From Octopus vulgaris (Eukaryota), in assembly GCA_951406725.2 (NCBI GenBank), contig OX597818.1, positions 46,376,001 through 46,440,000 on the forward strand: a stretch of DNA of 64,000 nt, written 5' to 3'. Under the pieces are notes generated by a model, which saw nothing but the letters and a program-made list of their open reading frames with translations, had not been told where the DNA came from and ran no database searches. The position numbers were made by a program, and so were the translations under genes. Positions 12,096 through 24,950 of this stretch are shown here, one piece after another (within the stretch, counting starts at the first letter, position 1; every line of letters begins with the position of its first letter).

Positions 12096-12744
12096 AGAAT
12101 TAAAAAAAAGATATACACACATTTAAGTGTGTGTGTATCACACACACATACATATATGTAAATGTACTTGCATACACACACATACACACACACATAAATG
12201 TAATGGTTTAGAATTTAAATGTATTTGTATGTGTATATACCAGTTATATACTAAAAATGTACATAGAGATGAAGAAAAGGAAACAATAGAATATATATGT
12301 TTGTGTGTTAGTATGTTTATGTGTGTCTGCATATTCATATGAGTTTATATATGTATGTGTGTCTACGTTTACATGCTTATGTATTTATATGCGTGTATGT
12401 GTATGCATTTCTACATACGTAGGTATATGTATTTCTGCATATGTATCCCTGTTATGTTATTGGAGACATACTTCTTTTGAGCACTAAGTACTCCTCGTCA
12501 CTCACATATATACAAACAGCTATTAGAGACTTAGAGATATTTAGAAGAATGTCTGCTCTTCTTTCACCTTGTTAAATTGTGTCACTAATTAGATCTGTTG
12601 AAATGTAATTAGTCATCACATTGTTGACTTTGTACTGATTTTCTTGTGTTCTTTCAGAATCAGCAACATTTGTGTGTGTATATGTATGAACCTGTCACAT
12701 CCATGGATATATATATATATATATGAACCTGTCACATCCATGTA

Positions 12745-12955
12745 TAAGCACCATCCGATCGTGGCTGTTGCCAGCCTCGCCTGGCCTCCATGCTGGTGGC
12801 ACGTAAAAAGCACCCACTCATGGTGTGGTTGGCGTTAGGAAGGGCATCCAGCTGTAGAAACATTGCCAGATCAGACTGGGCCTGGTGCAGCCTTCTGGCT
12901 TCCCAGACCCCAGTTGAACAGTCCAACCTTAAACGATGATGATGATGATGATGAT
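12745..12955 (+). repeat. Short RTE-3'UTR-derived repeat with (GAT)n tail; other copies at ~4610, 24150, 33680(-), 37750(-), 41790, 49170(-), 52280, 53070
   Basis: ggtggcacgtaaaaagcac..ttggcgttaggaagggcatccagctgtagaaac..ttaaacgatgatgat, matching 6590-6935. Confidence 0.85.
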
Positions 12956-13101
12956 ATTATTATTAATATTAGGAAATCAATATCAAATCTCCTCAGAATG
13001 ATATACACGTGTGAAAAATAATTGTTGTATTAAAAATATATAAATAAATAAATATAAATGTCAAGTGAACTTTAAAATTTGTCATTACCATTATTGTCAG
13101 T

Positions 13102-13570
13102 ATGGGCAGAACTTATGAATCATTTATAGTGAAGGAGAAATTAAATATGTTGAGTATGCATTTGAACATGACATAAGAGCTGCCGGAAGGCATTTTAATG
13201 TTAATGAAGCCAATGTTCGAAATTAGCATAAACTGTACAACAAACTTAAAACTGTGCCTAATCAACAGACAAAAATAAAAACATACAATCAAGCTTATCC
13301 ATATCATTACATTTTTTTCAGTCAGGAATATCCATATCACTATGTATGTCAATGGTGCTCCATTGCAATAGGAAGAAACTCCAAGCAATGTAAAATATGG
13401 CCTGGGCATGTTTATCAGCACGGACGTCAGACTTCAAAAAGTAAACTATTTAATGGTTTTAGTAAATTTATACAAAAAGACGTAAGCATTAGACTGTCTA
13501 GCATAAATAAAAGTCAACGTCATTATACATATTTAAGCCATTATTTTTTCTGTAAAAACCTATCCTGATA
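13102..13570 (+). mobile_element. pogo-like transposase remnant (Brinker-type HTH DNA-binding domain)
   Basis: MGRTYESF..KEKL / YVEYAFEHDIRAAGRHFNVNEANVRN* resembles BrkDBD (VVEYA..HG.RAAARHF.V.E.NVR.W); frameshifts and a stop. Confidence 0.7.
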
Positions 13571-13729
13571 TTAAATGAGTTAACTTCCAACATGAATGCT
13601 TGTGTTTTGTACATCTTTTTTCAACAAAAAAATTTCTAAAGAAATTCTGGAGACACTAAAGTTTATTTTAATTTTTACGAAAAAGTGCATAAATTACATG
13701 GGTTTTTATGGTATATATGTCAAGAGACA

Positions 13730-13785
<56 letters not shown>

Positions 13786-13969
13786 TGTGGAGGCAATTTG
13801 GATATGTATATATGTAGAGATGCAAAAAATGGAAGATTTGAGATATTAAATAGGTAGGAATAATAAAGTTGAGGTTGATAGTCCAGAAAATCCATGCTTA
13901 TATAAAAATAAAAGCATATATTCCAAAATGAGTAGAAGAGCCATCAAAAACAGTGTATAGGCTATAGAG

Positions 13970-14232
13970 CAGTGGTTCTCAATTGGAGTCTATTTGGCCC
14001 TTGGGGTGGTGGGGTCATATAAGATTTTGTTGTTAAAATTTATACGCAATAAATTGGTTATATTTCTACAATACATAAAATATTTAAACATTTTTTTATA
14101 CAATTCTAAATAATATCTAATCATAAAAATATAAGTGGAGTTTTTAGACATTGAATCATTATGAGTGTCCCACCTGCTGAGTAAAATAGGAATCAAAGGG
14201 GTCTATTGGCAAAGAATGGTTGAGAACCACTG
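13970..14232. mobile_element. hAT (Charlie-like) MITE with 8-bp TSD
   Basis: TIR cagtggttctcaa/ttgagaaccactg; TSD CTATAGAG at 13962-13969 and 14233-14240. Confidence 0.92.
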
Positions 14233-15656
14233 CTATAGAGGCTGCTGAGAAAGCATCTAGTTGGCTCTAGTTGGAAAGTAATTGGTAGGGTTAACAGAAT
14301 GCTGCTTTGACACAGGCTTAGGCTTAATCAACTTATGCTGGGTCATTTGGATGAGGGTGTATGTTGTAAAACCAAGATACCGACTGACTCCTTGATATAA
14401 AAATGACAATGTGTCCAAGTACTGGATCTATAGATGTATGTTGAACTAAAACTAAAAATAAAAAGCTTCATTTACCTTCATTCTCTTCAGAGAACATTTT
14501 CTGATGGTTTGAAACATTAAGTTTTATAAATCACATATTAATATGACCATCAAATAATTTAGGTCTTCTAATAGTAAACAAATTCAATTTATTTTTCAGC
14601 TTCTGAATCTTGATTGGTTGGTACATGCAATATGCTGTCAGAATTAGCATCTTCAGACTTCATCTTATTCATGAATTTGTAAATCAGCCGATATAGTCAT
14701 CTCTTGATATGAAAAGACTGCCATTAACAAACCATTTGAATATTTCCAATACAGTCTTTGTAAGAAAATATTTGCTGATGATGGTGATGATGATAAAGTA
14801 TATATATCTTTTGCAGTAAATGCACTGCTTCACCATTGATACATGACAGTGAAAACTGGTGAAAAAATAAACTGTTTGAGGTTTAGGAAGTTTTGTTCTG
14901 AACTGAGTCAATTAGGAAATTTTGTTACATGAAATTGTCAGCTTTTGATCCTTGAAAACTTCTAAAAGCTTTCGAGGACAGGAATACTTAATATTTTAGA
15001 TAGAAATACTGGCAATGTATTACCATATGCAAAGTACTACAACTTCAGAGCTGGTATTCCATATACCAATATTAAATGCATTAAATTTTTGATTCCCAAG
15101 AAAGAAGAATAAGAAAAAAGGGGAAAAAATCCTTATTATCACAACCCTATAAACCAGCATATTTATTGTCTTATAGTTCATGTTGCTTCTGATGTTTTTG
15201 AAGTTGATCAATTTTAGATAGTTTCCACTGGTGGATTAAGCAATGTTTATGAGATCTTAAAAATCTTTGAAAGTTGATGATAATCATCTTTAAGCTTCTG
15301 AAACTTAGCATCATTTTCAAATTTTAAATTGTTATTCATTATATAAAAACTATGTATACTATCTTTTGACCAGTACACTAATTGGGCCTGAAATGGGCCA
15401 ATTGCACAGGGGGAAAATAAGTAAAAATATTAGCAATGGTTTTATCTTTATTTACAAACCTTATCTTTTCTAGACAGTGTGAGAACTGAAATTAATCGGC
15501 ATAGAATTTCTTGGTCATTTGAGCAAAATTCTTGAGATTATTTTCTTAAAATCTGACCCATTTCTTTTGGTAATGGAATATATATTTATTTATAAGCAAT
15601 AAGTTTAGCAAGCTGTTTTGTTATTGCTAATGTGATACCATAGTTGATATGGTTAA

Positions 15657-15866
15657 AACCCATTAGCGCCTATGGTCCTTTTTTAAGAATCCATCATATT
15701 TCTGAAACACCTGTATTTTTCTGAGATATCTTTAGTTAGTCATTAAGACAGGAGTGTCTTTTAAATATTGTAATAAATTTTTTTTTATATATTTAGTATC
15801 AAATAAAGTCGCATAAAAAAAGAGTTTTGGTAATAAATAAATAAAAAAAATGGGCACTAATGGGTT
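15657..15866. mobile_element. MITE with 14-bp TIR (piggyBac-like)
   Basis: aacccattagcgcc / ggcactaatgggtt, flanked by TTAA-like sites. Confidence 0.7.
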
Positions 15867-16399
15867 ATTAACCCAAATCAATTCACATCCCAGCTATTAG
15901 AAAGTCAAACAAGTACAAGCAGACTGTTTCAGGACAGCAAATTATTAAGTCATTGAAAAGTTGCTGCAAATATAGAGAAATGTCTTGAGCTTGATATAAT
16001 GTGCATAAGTATTGTTGCAACTGAATATCTAAAGCAATTTTGTGCTTCAAAATTCATTGAATCTATTCCAACTAAAATGTCATCTCAATTGGGATCATTT
16101 TTACCTTCCAGAAGTGACAGTTCTTTTAATATCTCCAGAACTTGTTGAACTCTGTCAGTTTTAACAAATTTGTAACATATTTATTAAACTGGCTGACAAT
16201 GGTAAAATAGTAATGGTTTGATAGATGGATCTCGATGTGAAAGAAACCTTCCATCATCTAAGTGAATTGCAGTTTTACCAGAAACTGCTTAGAAACAGCA
16301 TACTTTTAAATCTAAAACGTTTCTCCATCATTATACAAAACTAATTTCTTTCTCTTTACTTTCTTCTATGGTAATCAACTTTACCACCAACTCCCCATA

Positions 16400-19300
16400 C
16401 TTCCATTATCTACTTTCTCCTCCCAAATTCACAAACCCAATGCTCATAGCTGCCTTATTTTCTCCACATGATGCTCTGCCAAACTAATCTTTAACTATCT
16501 CAACCAAATTATGCTCCTTCTGGTTGCTGCTTTGACAGCAACCATACCACCCACCTCTAGACCTTCTAAATTCCTCTTTGCCATAGAGCTCAAATACTTG
16601 TTTACCATCATCTACAAGGACATTGACCTTCACACCACACATTTGGACACAGAACCTCTACTCTCCTATCCTCTTCCAAACTGAATTCATTCTCACACTG
16701 TTCATTGCTTTTCCTATTCTGGTGTGTTCTACAACACCTGAGTGGCTTAGCTATTGGCACCAAGATGACCCCATTCACATCAACTTGTCTGTTGGCCCTG
16801 TTAAGCCTAACTTTTTGCCCAGTTTTCTAGGTTTGCCCTTTAGCTATGGGTCATTACATTGGTGACTGTATCAGTGCAGCCTCTCTCATTAGAAAGTAAC
16901 TCACCTTTTACTTCCATCATCTCTAATACTTTCATTAACTTTCTATATGTATCTGCCTCTATCAGTATTGTCTGTCTCTCCACATTCTTCCTCACATGAC
17001 ACTCACATCAAATCTACTATATTGTTCTCACAAATCTTCTCATTTCTCTATCTCTGCTGCAAAAATATGACTCATTTTTAAATATTGCATCAATCTTTTC
17101 TCTCACTTAGGTACACTTAACCTGTTGTGAATACTGCTCTCTCTTGAGTTCACTCCATCAACTCTCCTGTTGCACTCATGCCAAACAGTCACTCTTCCAG
17201 AGTCTGGATTCCCCTCCCCACCCTCTGAAGTGACTCAGTCACTTCAGAGCACTCTGCTTCACAGTTCCACCTTCTGCTTTCCAATCGATTCCATCTTTTC
17301 CATGCCTCCAGTCATGTCCTTCAACAAGGATAAAATTCTATGTAACCTTCTGGTCAGGAGCTTGCTTGCCCCTAGACACATCCCATGTGGGCACATCTAT
17401 ATGGTCTAACCATGATGCTTACATCTCCCTTTAATTCTGTTAGGTTCAAGCCTTCAGTCAATGTGATCAATCACTCTCACTACATTTCCTCTAACCTAAT
17501 ATGCTGTATAGTCTTCAAGATTTGTGGAGATTAACTTTTGATACCAACACACTTGAAACTGACCCTTATTCTAAGATACAAACTCTTTGTTTTAAAGTGA
17601 TCTAAATTAAAACCTAGCAATGAAACTATGTTAATTTATGTTCCAAACACCATCTGTATAATAACAAAAATTATTTTAATAAACTCATTATTTAGAAAAA
17701 AAATTAACTGAAACAAAGACTGCATTTCAAGAGAAATTGGATCTACTTATTCTCATTTGCATATTGAGCCCTGCTTAATTTTGCTCAGATTCCTTTCAAT
17801 TTTGATGTGTTGATGCAACATTGAATTTTGATTATAATCAACCAATTACTTTATCTTGTAAGTTAAAGAATCTGATGTAATTTGGAATTAAAGTTGGGAA
17901 ATTTGGGTAATTTTAGCCAATCAACATATAGCGTAGCATTAGCAGCTTGCTGTAATGACAGCTGCATGCTGTGTTGTGGTTCACTGTTGTCTATGCCGCT
18001 GTTGTCTATGTTGATTTTTCACACTTGATGCTTCACACCATGAAATTTTTTCACCCGTGTGTTTTGTTTTAATTTTTCTATGTATTAGTATATTACATAT
18101 TTTTCTGTGCTTCTGTGTGTTAGCATTTTTCTGTGTGTTAGTATTTTTACATATTTTTCATTTCATATATTTTTGGGACTCATTGATTCAAATAGCTGGA
18201 TTTATTATTTCACTAGGCTAATTTTATTCATAAAAATTTAAATTAGGTGTAGGGATATCGTGGAATGGAGAAACTGTTGGGGATACAGGTAATTTTACAT
18301 TATTTTTGAATTCTGCATACAAAAACATGTAAGTTACAGGTATTTTTCTCCTTGTGACAAATTGTTTGTCGATCAGTGTTAACCTTATCGTGTTTTGGAA
18401 ATCCCAGCATGAAAATGTTACTAAACTTTGGAATTTTGGAGACTGATGCTCCCTTTTCACACACACACACACATGCGCGCATGCACGCGCACACACTTAT
18501 ATATTAATAATGTACAGAAATACATGGCAGGTATACATAATACTGAAATACACATAAAGTAAAGACATGCAGACAAATATATTAGGGAGCTTGCTTCCTA
18601 GCTATATGGTTTCAGGTTCAGTCCCACAGCGTGGCACTTTGGGCAGTTGTCTTCTGCTATAGCCCCGAGCCGACCGAAGCTTTGTGATTGAATTCGGCAG
18701 GCGGAAGTTACTGCCGTGTATGTATATGTGCGTGTAGGTGCTTGTGCCTCTCCGAAAGAGAGAGAGAGGGATAACAAATTTTTAAAAATGATGCAAAAAA
18801 TAAAATCAATGAAGAGACAAAAGAAACAGCAAGATGATACATGTTGATTTTATAAGGTATCTCTACTTATTTAGAAACATTCAATGAAATTAGGTATTTC
18901 TGTTTATTTAGAAACCTACAATGAACAGGTCAGATACTAAACTACAAATTTTACAGGGTACAACCTTAAATGCAGAAAATTTCTGTCTTGCTATTGGTTA
19001 AAAATACCCAGTTTTTTCGATTTTTAAACCTCTGTAACTTTTTTCTCCAATTTTTTTCTCCACAATATCATACCTTTAAAGCAATAAGCCTGGAAGGCTA
19101 CATTATTATAGCTGATTTTTCAGATATTTTTACTTCCTTTTAAGAAATACATATTTTTCAAATGAAAAAAAAAAAAAAACTAGATTCGAGAAATTTGATA
19201 ACAAAAGGGTTAATACATAGGTAAAACAGGTTCTGTGAGCATTTGCTGGATGTTCATAAAAACCTCCAAGAAGTCCTCAAAAACTTGTATTCTAACACTA

Positions 19301-19470
19301 ACTTGCCCACTCACTCTACTTATCACCTTTCATTTTATGTTCCAACACTTTGGGTAGAATGAGAACTATAAACACACAGTATTTGCAAGTTGCATCATAC
19401 CCTCCCACCCTGCCAAGAAAAAACACCTTCTTCAGCATGGGTACTTTGGCACCTTAAGGCCTTCCACTTT
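16400..19470 (+). mobile_element. Degenerate Penelope-like retroelement (RT + GIY-YIG endonuclease) interrupted at 17531-19213
   Basis: PPVMSFNKDKILCNLLVRS; SSNLICCIVFKICG | YIGKTG; RF.EHLLDV; F.MGTLAP.GL C-terminal motif; RT remnant GT.M....NL.VG at 16750-16870. Confidence 0.75.
17535..19209. mobile_element. ~1.7-kb composite non-autonomous piggyBac-type insertion, TTAA TSD, with a nested SINE and microsatellite
   Basis: TTAA at 17531-17534 and 19210-19213; ends cttttgatacc / gataacaaaaggg; splits the GIY-YIG motif. Confidence 0.65.
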
Positions 19471-19499
19471 CAAACTCTTTCATCCTCAAAATAATAAAA

Positions 19500-19534
<35 letters not shown>

Positions 19535-21270
19535 GCTTTTGTTGTATGATATATATTTATTTGTTGTGTTGTTTATGTACGTCTGTCCATTTGCTGTATG
19601 GTTAGCTATTTTGAATGCAGTTGTATGCCTGTACTTTACATATTGTACACACTGTGTGCAGCATGTAGTTGGATTGTACCTATACGCTATTTTATTATAA
19701 TGGCCCTCTAATCTCCCTCACCCCATCCACATCCTGTCACAGATTACTATATATTTCTTTCCATCCTTACTGACCTCCACTGAGACACTATTAATTTTCT
19801 CATAGCTCATAGCACCTGTCATCAGCTTTTCACCCTCTCTTCCTACATTGCTGCTCGTTCCTGACACCATACTATCATTTTATTCCATTTTACATTTGCA
19901 ATTTTGTGACCAAAGCGATTACACTTTTATATAATTCCTCTGTAGAAAGAAGGGCAAGTGTTTGAACTTAAACTCTTTTACTCCTCACAGAAAATCTACT
20001 CCTTGAACTCTTCTATGAAATCTAGGAATTAATCTTTACCTATGCAGACAAATACCAATTTCCCTGGATTCCGTATTGTACCATATATAAATAATTTTAA
20101 ACTTTGCCATATTTTTCAGAGTATTTAGTTCAACTTGGTTTTGATATTTTTCTTGTTGGAATTATAAAAATCTCTATACTTTCAGTGTAATTATTTTTAA
20201 TTCATAGTATGTGAATATGTGATAGAAATATACTTTAAACCCATCGGTGGAACAGTCTAATATATATCTTACAAACTGGAAAATTATCGAAATCTTAGTA
20301 GGGTGCTAATGTTTTTTATCATAGTAATAATCATTATTATTGTTTGGTGAACACTATGTGTCTGTAGGGGAATTAGCCTATCATTCCTTTTATTCCCAAT
20401 TCCTGTTCATTAATGCTTATTCATTAGGGAGAAAATTTCAAATTATACTTAAATCATCATTATAATTCTATGTATTATCGATGAATATTGAAAGATACTT
20501 AAATTCACTCTGAAAGCTCTTATTAAAATGAAAATATAAAGCTAATCTATCAGTGCTGCCACCTAACATTGATGCCAGTTAACTACAGCTGAAATAGTTG
20601 GTAAATTATTATAGCTAGTCTTCAAAATTCTGACAAATAGTTATAAGGATTAACTCTCCTTCCTCTTCTTGCTTTTGTGTTTGCTGATATACTTGTTTAC
20701 TACAGAATGTAATCCATCCATTGTTCCTTTAAATGAAGGGGTAATTACAGGAATAATGGTATACACAAGGGACACAAGTTTCCTGTAATTAAGTCCTAAA
20801 ATATAAATAAACTTTCAAAAGTCTAGTTTCCTAGTTGTGATCTGCGCATTAATATAATGGCATGACTTTTATGGTGTTGAGGTTGTCAGTTTTCCTGATA
20901 TGTTAAAGTCTCCTCTCACAAATCTCTTCTAAGTCTTTGGATGTGTAATTTTTTTCTTTGATATTGTTTGTATATTTTTGTTGCCTTTCTGTTTACTTCT
21001 TTTGAAGCAGATGCTAACTTGAGAAACTGTACATGTGAACACTTTTCTCTTTTAATAGCCTAATCTTAAAGCAGTCTTTATAAGACGGTATCAATTCAGC
21101 CTGAGGATGATATCAGAGAGAAGTTGATGTGTGTATCTAACAGCATTGCATCTAGCAGTCTTTGGATAAAATAATCGACAAGGTTTTCTTTCCTTTGTTT
21201 TTCTCAGTGTTAAGTGTAATACACTAGTCCTGTCTGAATTACTTCTAATAAACAGCCGAAAAAATAATTC

Positions 21271-21369
21271 ATGATGTCTGCAGAAGAGAAGCCATCAGAA
21301 GTGTTGGCAGAGGTGAAGATAGCTCCTCCGCCAGCATCCTCCATGGCAAAGCATCATCATCTGACGACG
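21271..21369 (+). CDS. Candidate alternative first coding exon of the GDPD gene (MMSAEEKPSEVLAEVKIAPPPASSMAKHHHLTT)
   Basis: GC-richer non-repetitive island; ATG preceded by in-frame TAA; donor ACG|gtaaga is phase 0, compatible with exon 28846. Confidence 0.55.
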
Positions 21370-21889
21370 GTAAGATGCCAATGACTATTTTGGATATTTG
21401 TAAACTTCTGTCTTTACTGAGATGTCATATTTTTCCCTTCTTACTTATGAATGTTATTTTTTGGTAATATTTCAGTTTTTCTTTTTTATCTCTTTAGAAG
21501 CTCCCTTTTTTGTTCTGCTATTTTTGTATTGCTTTTCTTTTACTTTTTGTTCAGTTGTAACTTTCATTTTCTTTTATTTTTGTTGGGGTATGTTTGGCTT
21601 GCATATTCTATATTTTTTTTAATAAATATAAGCATCATTCAAACTTTAGTCCTTATTTTATCATTATGTAACACAATTTTTGAACTTTGTATAAGATCTT
21701 TATTCAGTATTTCAATTAGGAGGCAGTTAGTTTTAAACACCATATTTTTTTTAATAGTTTTATTTGCTAAAGAAATTATGGAGTGAAGTTTTAAGCATAA
21801 TCAAAATTCTATTGAAATCCTAATTTTTCAATGTAATATGATTTGTAAAACATGCATTCATAACAGCCATTGTTTTAATACTCATTAAT

Positions 21890-22215
<326 letters not shown>

Positions 22216-22656
22216 AAACAATTACAGTATAGAAGAAAGATATTTGTTATTTAAAAACTCTTTACTACACTTCAACATTTATTATTTGTCAATATCAAGT
22301 AAAAATATTTAAGTTAACAGTGTTTACATGATTCTGTAATGTTTAATATACATTTTCAGGTCATAATTATTTTAGTATCAACACATGGTCTCGGGTCAAA
22401 TTATTTACCAGGCAAGTACATGTGTTTGTGTGTGAGTGAATGAGTATGTGTGTGTGTGTGTTTCTTTTATGTGTTTAAATCATTTGACTGTGGCCATGCT
22501 GGAGCACTACCTTAAACAGTTTTAGTTAAAGAAATTGACCCCAGGACTTATTCTTTTTAAGCCTAGTACTTATTCTATCGGTGTCTTCTATTGGTGTCTT
22601 CTATCGCTGTATATATATACAAATATATATATATATATATACACTCACACATATAT

Positions 22657-22691
<35 letters not shown>

Positions 22692-22751
22692 ATGTTGAAT
22701 CGTTAGCTCCTGCACGCATTTTTTTTCTCTCCTTGTTTCTTTTTCTGTGTA

Positions 22752-22789
22752 TCTTTCTGTCGAAGAGCGTAGGCTCGAAACATAAAAGA
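22752..22789 (+). ncRNA. Decayed minimal type I hammerhead ribozyme motif (Penelope-associated)
   Basis: tcttt CTGTCGA A gagc-gtag-gctc GAAAC ATA aaaga: stems I and II intact; core A>T and cleavage triplet altered. Confidence 0.5.
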
Positions 22790-22901
22790 CTTGTTTTATT
22801 TCTATTCCTGAGCGCCATACTAATACAATTGTTTGTTTGTACTCCACCTGCCTTCGTCTTTTGTTTATTTTCGTAAACCTTCCCGTTATATATATATATA
22901 T

Positions 22902-23133
22902 AACAAAATATTAAGGAATGACCCTGAGAAGGTCGTTCGACTCACTTGAAAAGAGCAGCTAAAACTCAAAATCGCAAAAAATAGTAGTAATTCTGAAACT
23001 AGAGGAAAATAAAAAACATTTATCCCCTTCCTCTAGTTTCAGAATTACTACTATTTTTTGCGGTTTTGAGTTTTAGCTGCTCTTTTCAAGTGAGTCGAAC
23101 GACCTTCTCAGGGTCATTCCTTAATATTTTGTT
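22902..23133. repeat. Near-perfect inverted repeat, 106-bp arms, 20-nt loop
   Basis: 22902-23007 vs 23028-23133; one mismatch (U-G wobble in sense RNA). Confidence 0.95.
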
Positions 23134-23226
23134 GAATGTATCATATAGTCTGTGACTATTTCTATTTTCTCACTTGACCGCTGGTGGCAGAAAATTTTTC
23201 TTGAATTTTTTGTTACCCTTATATTG

Positions 23227-23269
<43 letters not shown>

Positions 23270-23373
23270 CATATATATATATATATAGTTCTAAATTTGA
23301 GAGATAAGGAATTATGTACATTATTTATATTAGTTACATTTGATGGAAATTTGTCCTTATCTTGTTTGTTGTT

Positions 23374-23419
23374 AACACAACATTTTGCCTGATATACTCT
23401 CCAGCCTTCATCAGGTGTC
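23374..23419 (-). ncRNA. Decayed minimal hammerhead ribozyme motif
   Basis: gacac CTGATGA aggctg-gagagtatat-caggc AAAA tgtt gtgtt; GAAA core mutated. Confidence 0.5.
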
Positions 23420-23467
23420 CTGGGGGAAATTTTGAACCTGGATTCTGATTCCCAAGGTATTTTTCCT

Positions 23468-23590
23468 ACCACCACCACCACCACCACCACCTTCTTCTTC
23501 TTCTTCTTCTTCTTCTTCTTCTTCTTCTTCTTCTTCTTCTTCTTCTTCTTCTTCTTCTTCTTCTTCTTCTTCTTCTTCTTCTTCTTCTTC
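23468..23590. repeat. (ACC)n followed by a pure (CTT)~33 tract
   Basis: 100 nt of uninterrupted CTT at 23491-23590. Confidence 0.97.
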
Positions 23591-24893
23591 ATCAATTTTA
23601 AGAAGCACAATCATTTTGTAGTTGAGGTTTTGTATTACTGACCACATGGTCAGCTCAATACTCCTAATAGCTTTTGAGTTGTGCATTTCCTCCACTGAAC
23701 CAATAATAGGTGCAACTCCTGATTTATGGTTTCATGGATGATTATAGAAAGAGTGTTCAGCTGCAAAGATTGCATATTTTATTAAATTAATTTGCAGAAG
23801 CCACGTATGCTGATGTAAAATAATGGTTGTAAGACAGTAAAAATTATGTTGCCGTAGTAATTATTTACTAAATTGAAATGTAACTGTTCTTTAATTCATT
23901 GAGGAATTTTATTGTTAATAAGGTTAACAATGTTCTTTATTTTCTGACTATTGTTCTGCTACATTCAAATAATTATGATATTCAACATGTTAAATGTACT
24001 GCAGACTTATTCATGGGTCAATTTGTCCATTTGACATTAACTTTGAGTATTTTGGAACATCACTCAGCATTAAAATTTTTTACACTTGATAAGACATGTC
24101 AAGCCAAGTAAAATTGCTGTCTTCCACACATATAGGCTTGTCTTTTCAGGTACTGGTGCCACTTAAAAAGCACCTGTGCTAGTGCTGCTTTAATGCACCA
24201 TACTGTGTAAACACACCTGAGACAGTGACATGTATAATGTACCCAGTACACTGGTTGGCATTAGGAAGGGCATCCAGCCACAACAGAGAGTTGGAGTCCA
24301 GACAGCCCCTGCTAGTCAGCTCCGTGTCAAACTGTCCAACCCATGCCAGCATGGAGCTCGGACATTAAACAATGATGATGGTGATGATGATGATGATGAT
24401 GGTGATGGTGATGGTGATCCTGAATACTGAGTACCTCTGTCACACATCCTACTTTTTATTTTCATTCATGCCCCAGTCTTTTTTTGCCCCTAACTTCACT
24501 TTGTAATGAGATTGCAAGGAAGCAGAGATGTAGAGTTGTGAGGCCCCTTTAGTTGTTTCAGGGACATGGCTAGCTCTCTAGAGCGGGTGTCATTAAAAGT
24601 GTATGAGTACACTCTGTGTGAAGGCCCGTAAACCTTGTGAAGGGCATGACTCTTCTCTAGTATTGCTACCATGGAAAAGAATATGCCCAGTATATTCTGT
24701 AAAATGGTTTATTTTCGAGGCCTAACTTACCTTATTATTTTGATGTTAATTTACACCAACTACCTCCCCATTCCACTATTATAGCCTTACCTAGCTGTTT
24801 CCTTTACCTAAATATTCTGTTTGTGTAAAGGTATAGTCATTGCTGACCCTCCTTCAACAGTAGCAGCTTTTTACCCTCTTCTTATTCTCTAAT

Positions 24894-24950
<57 letters not shown>

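Noticed and set aside
21096-21130. CTGAGGA followed by palindromic tgatatca (possible hammerhead)
   Set aside because: No GAAA core or stem I partner
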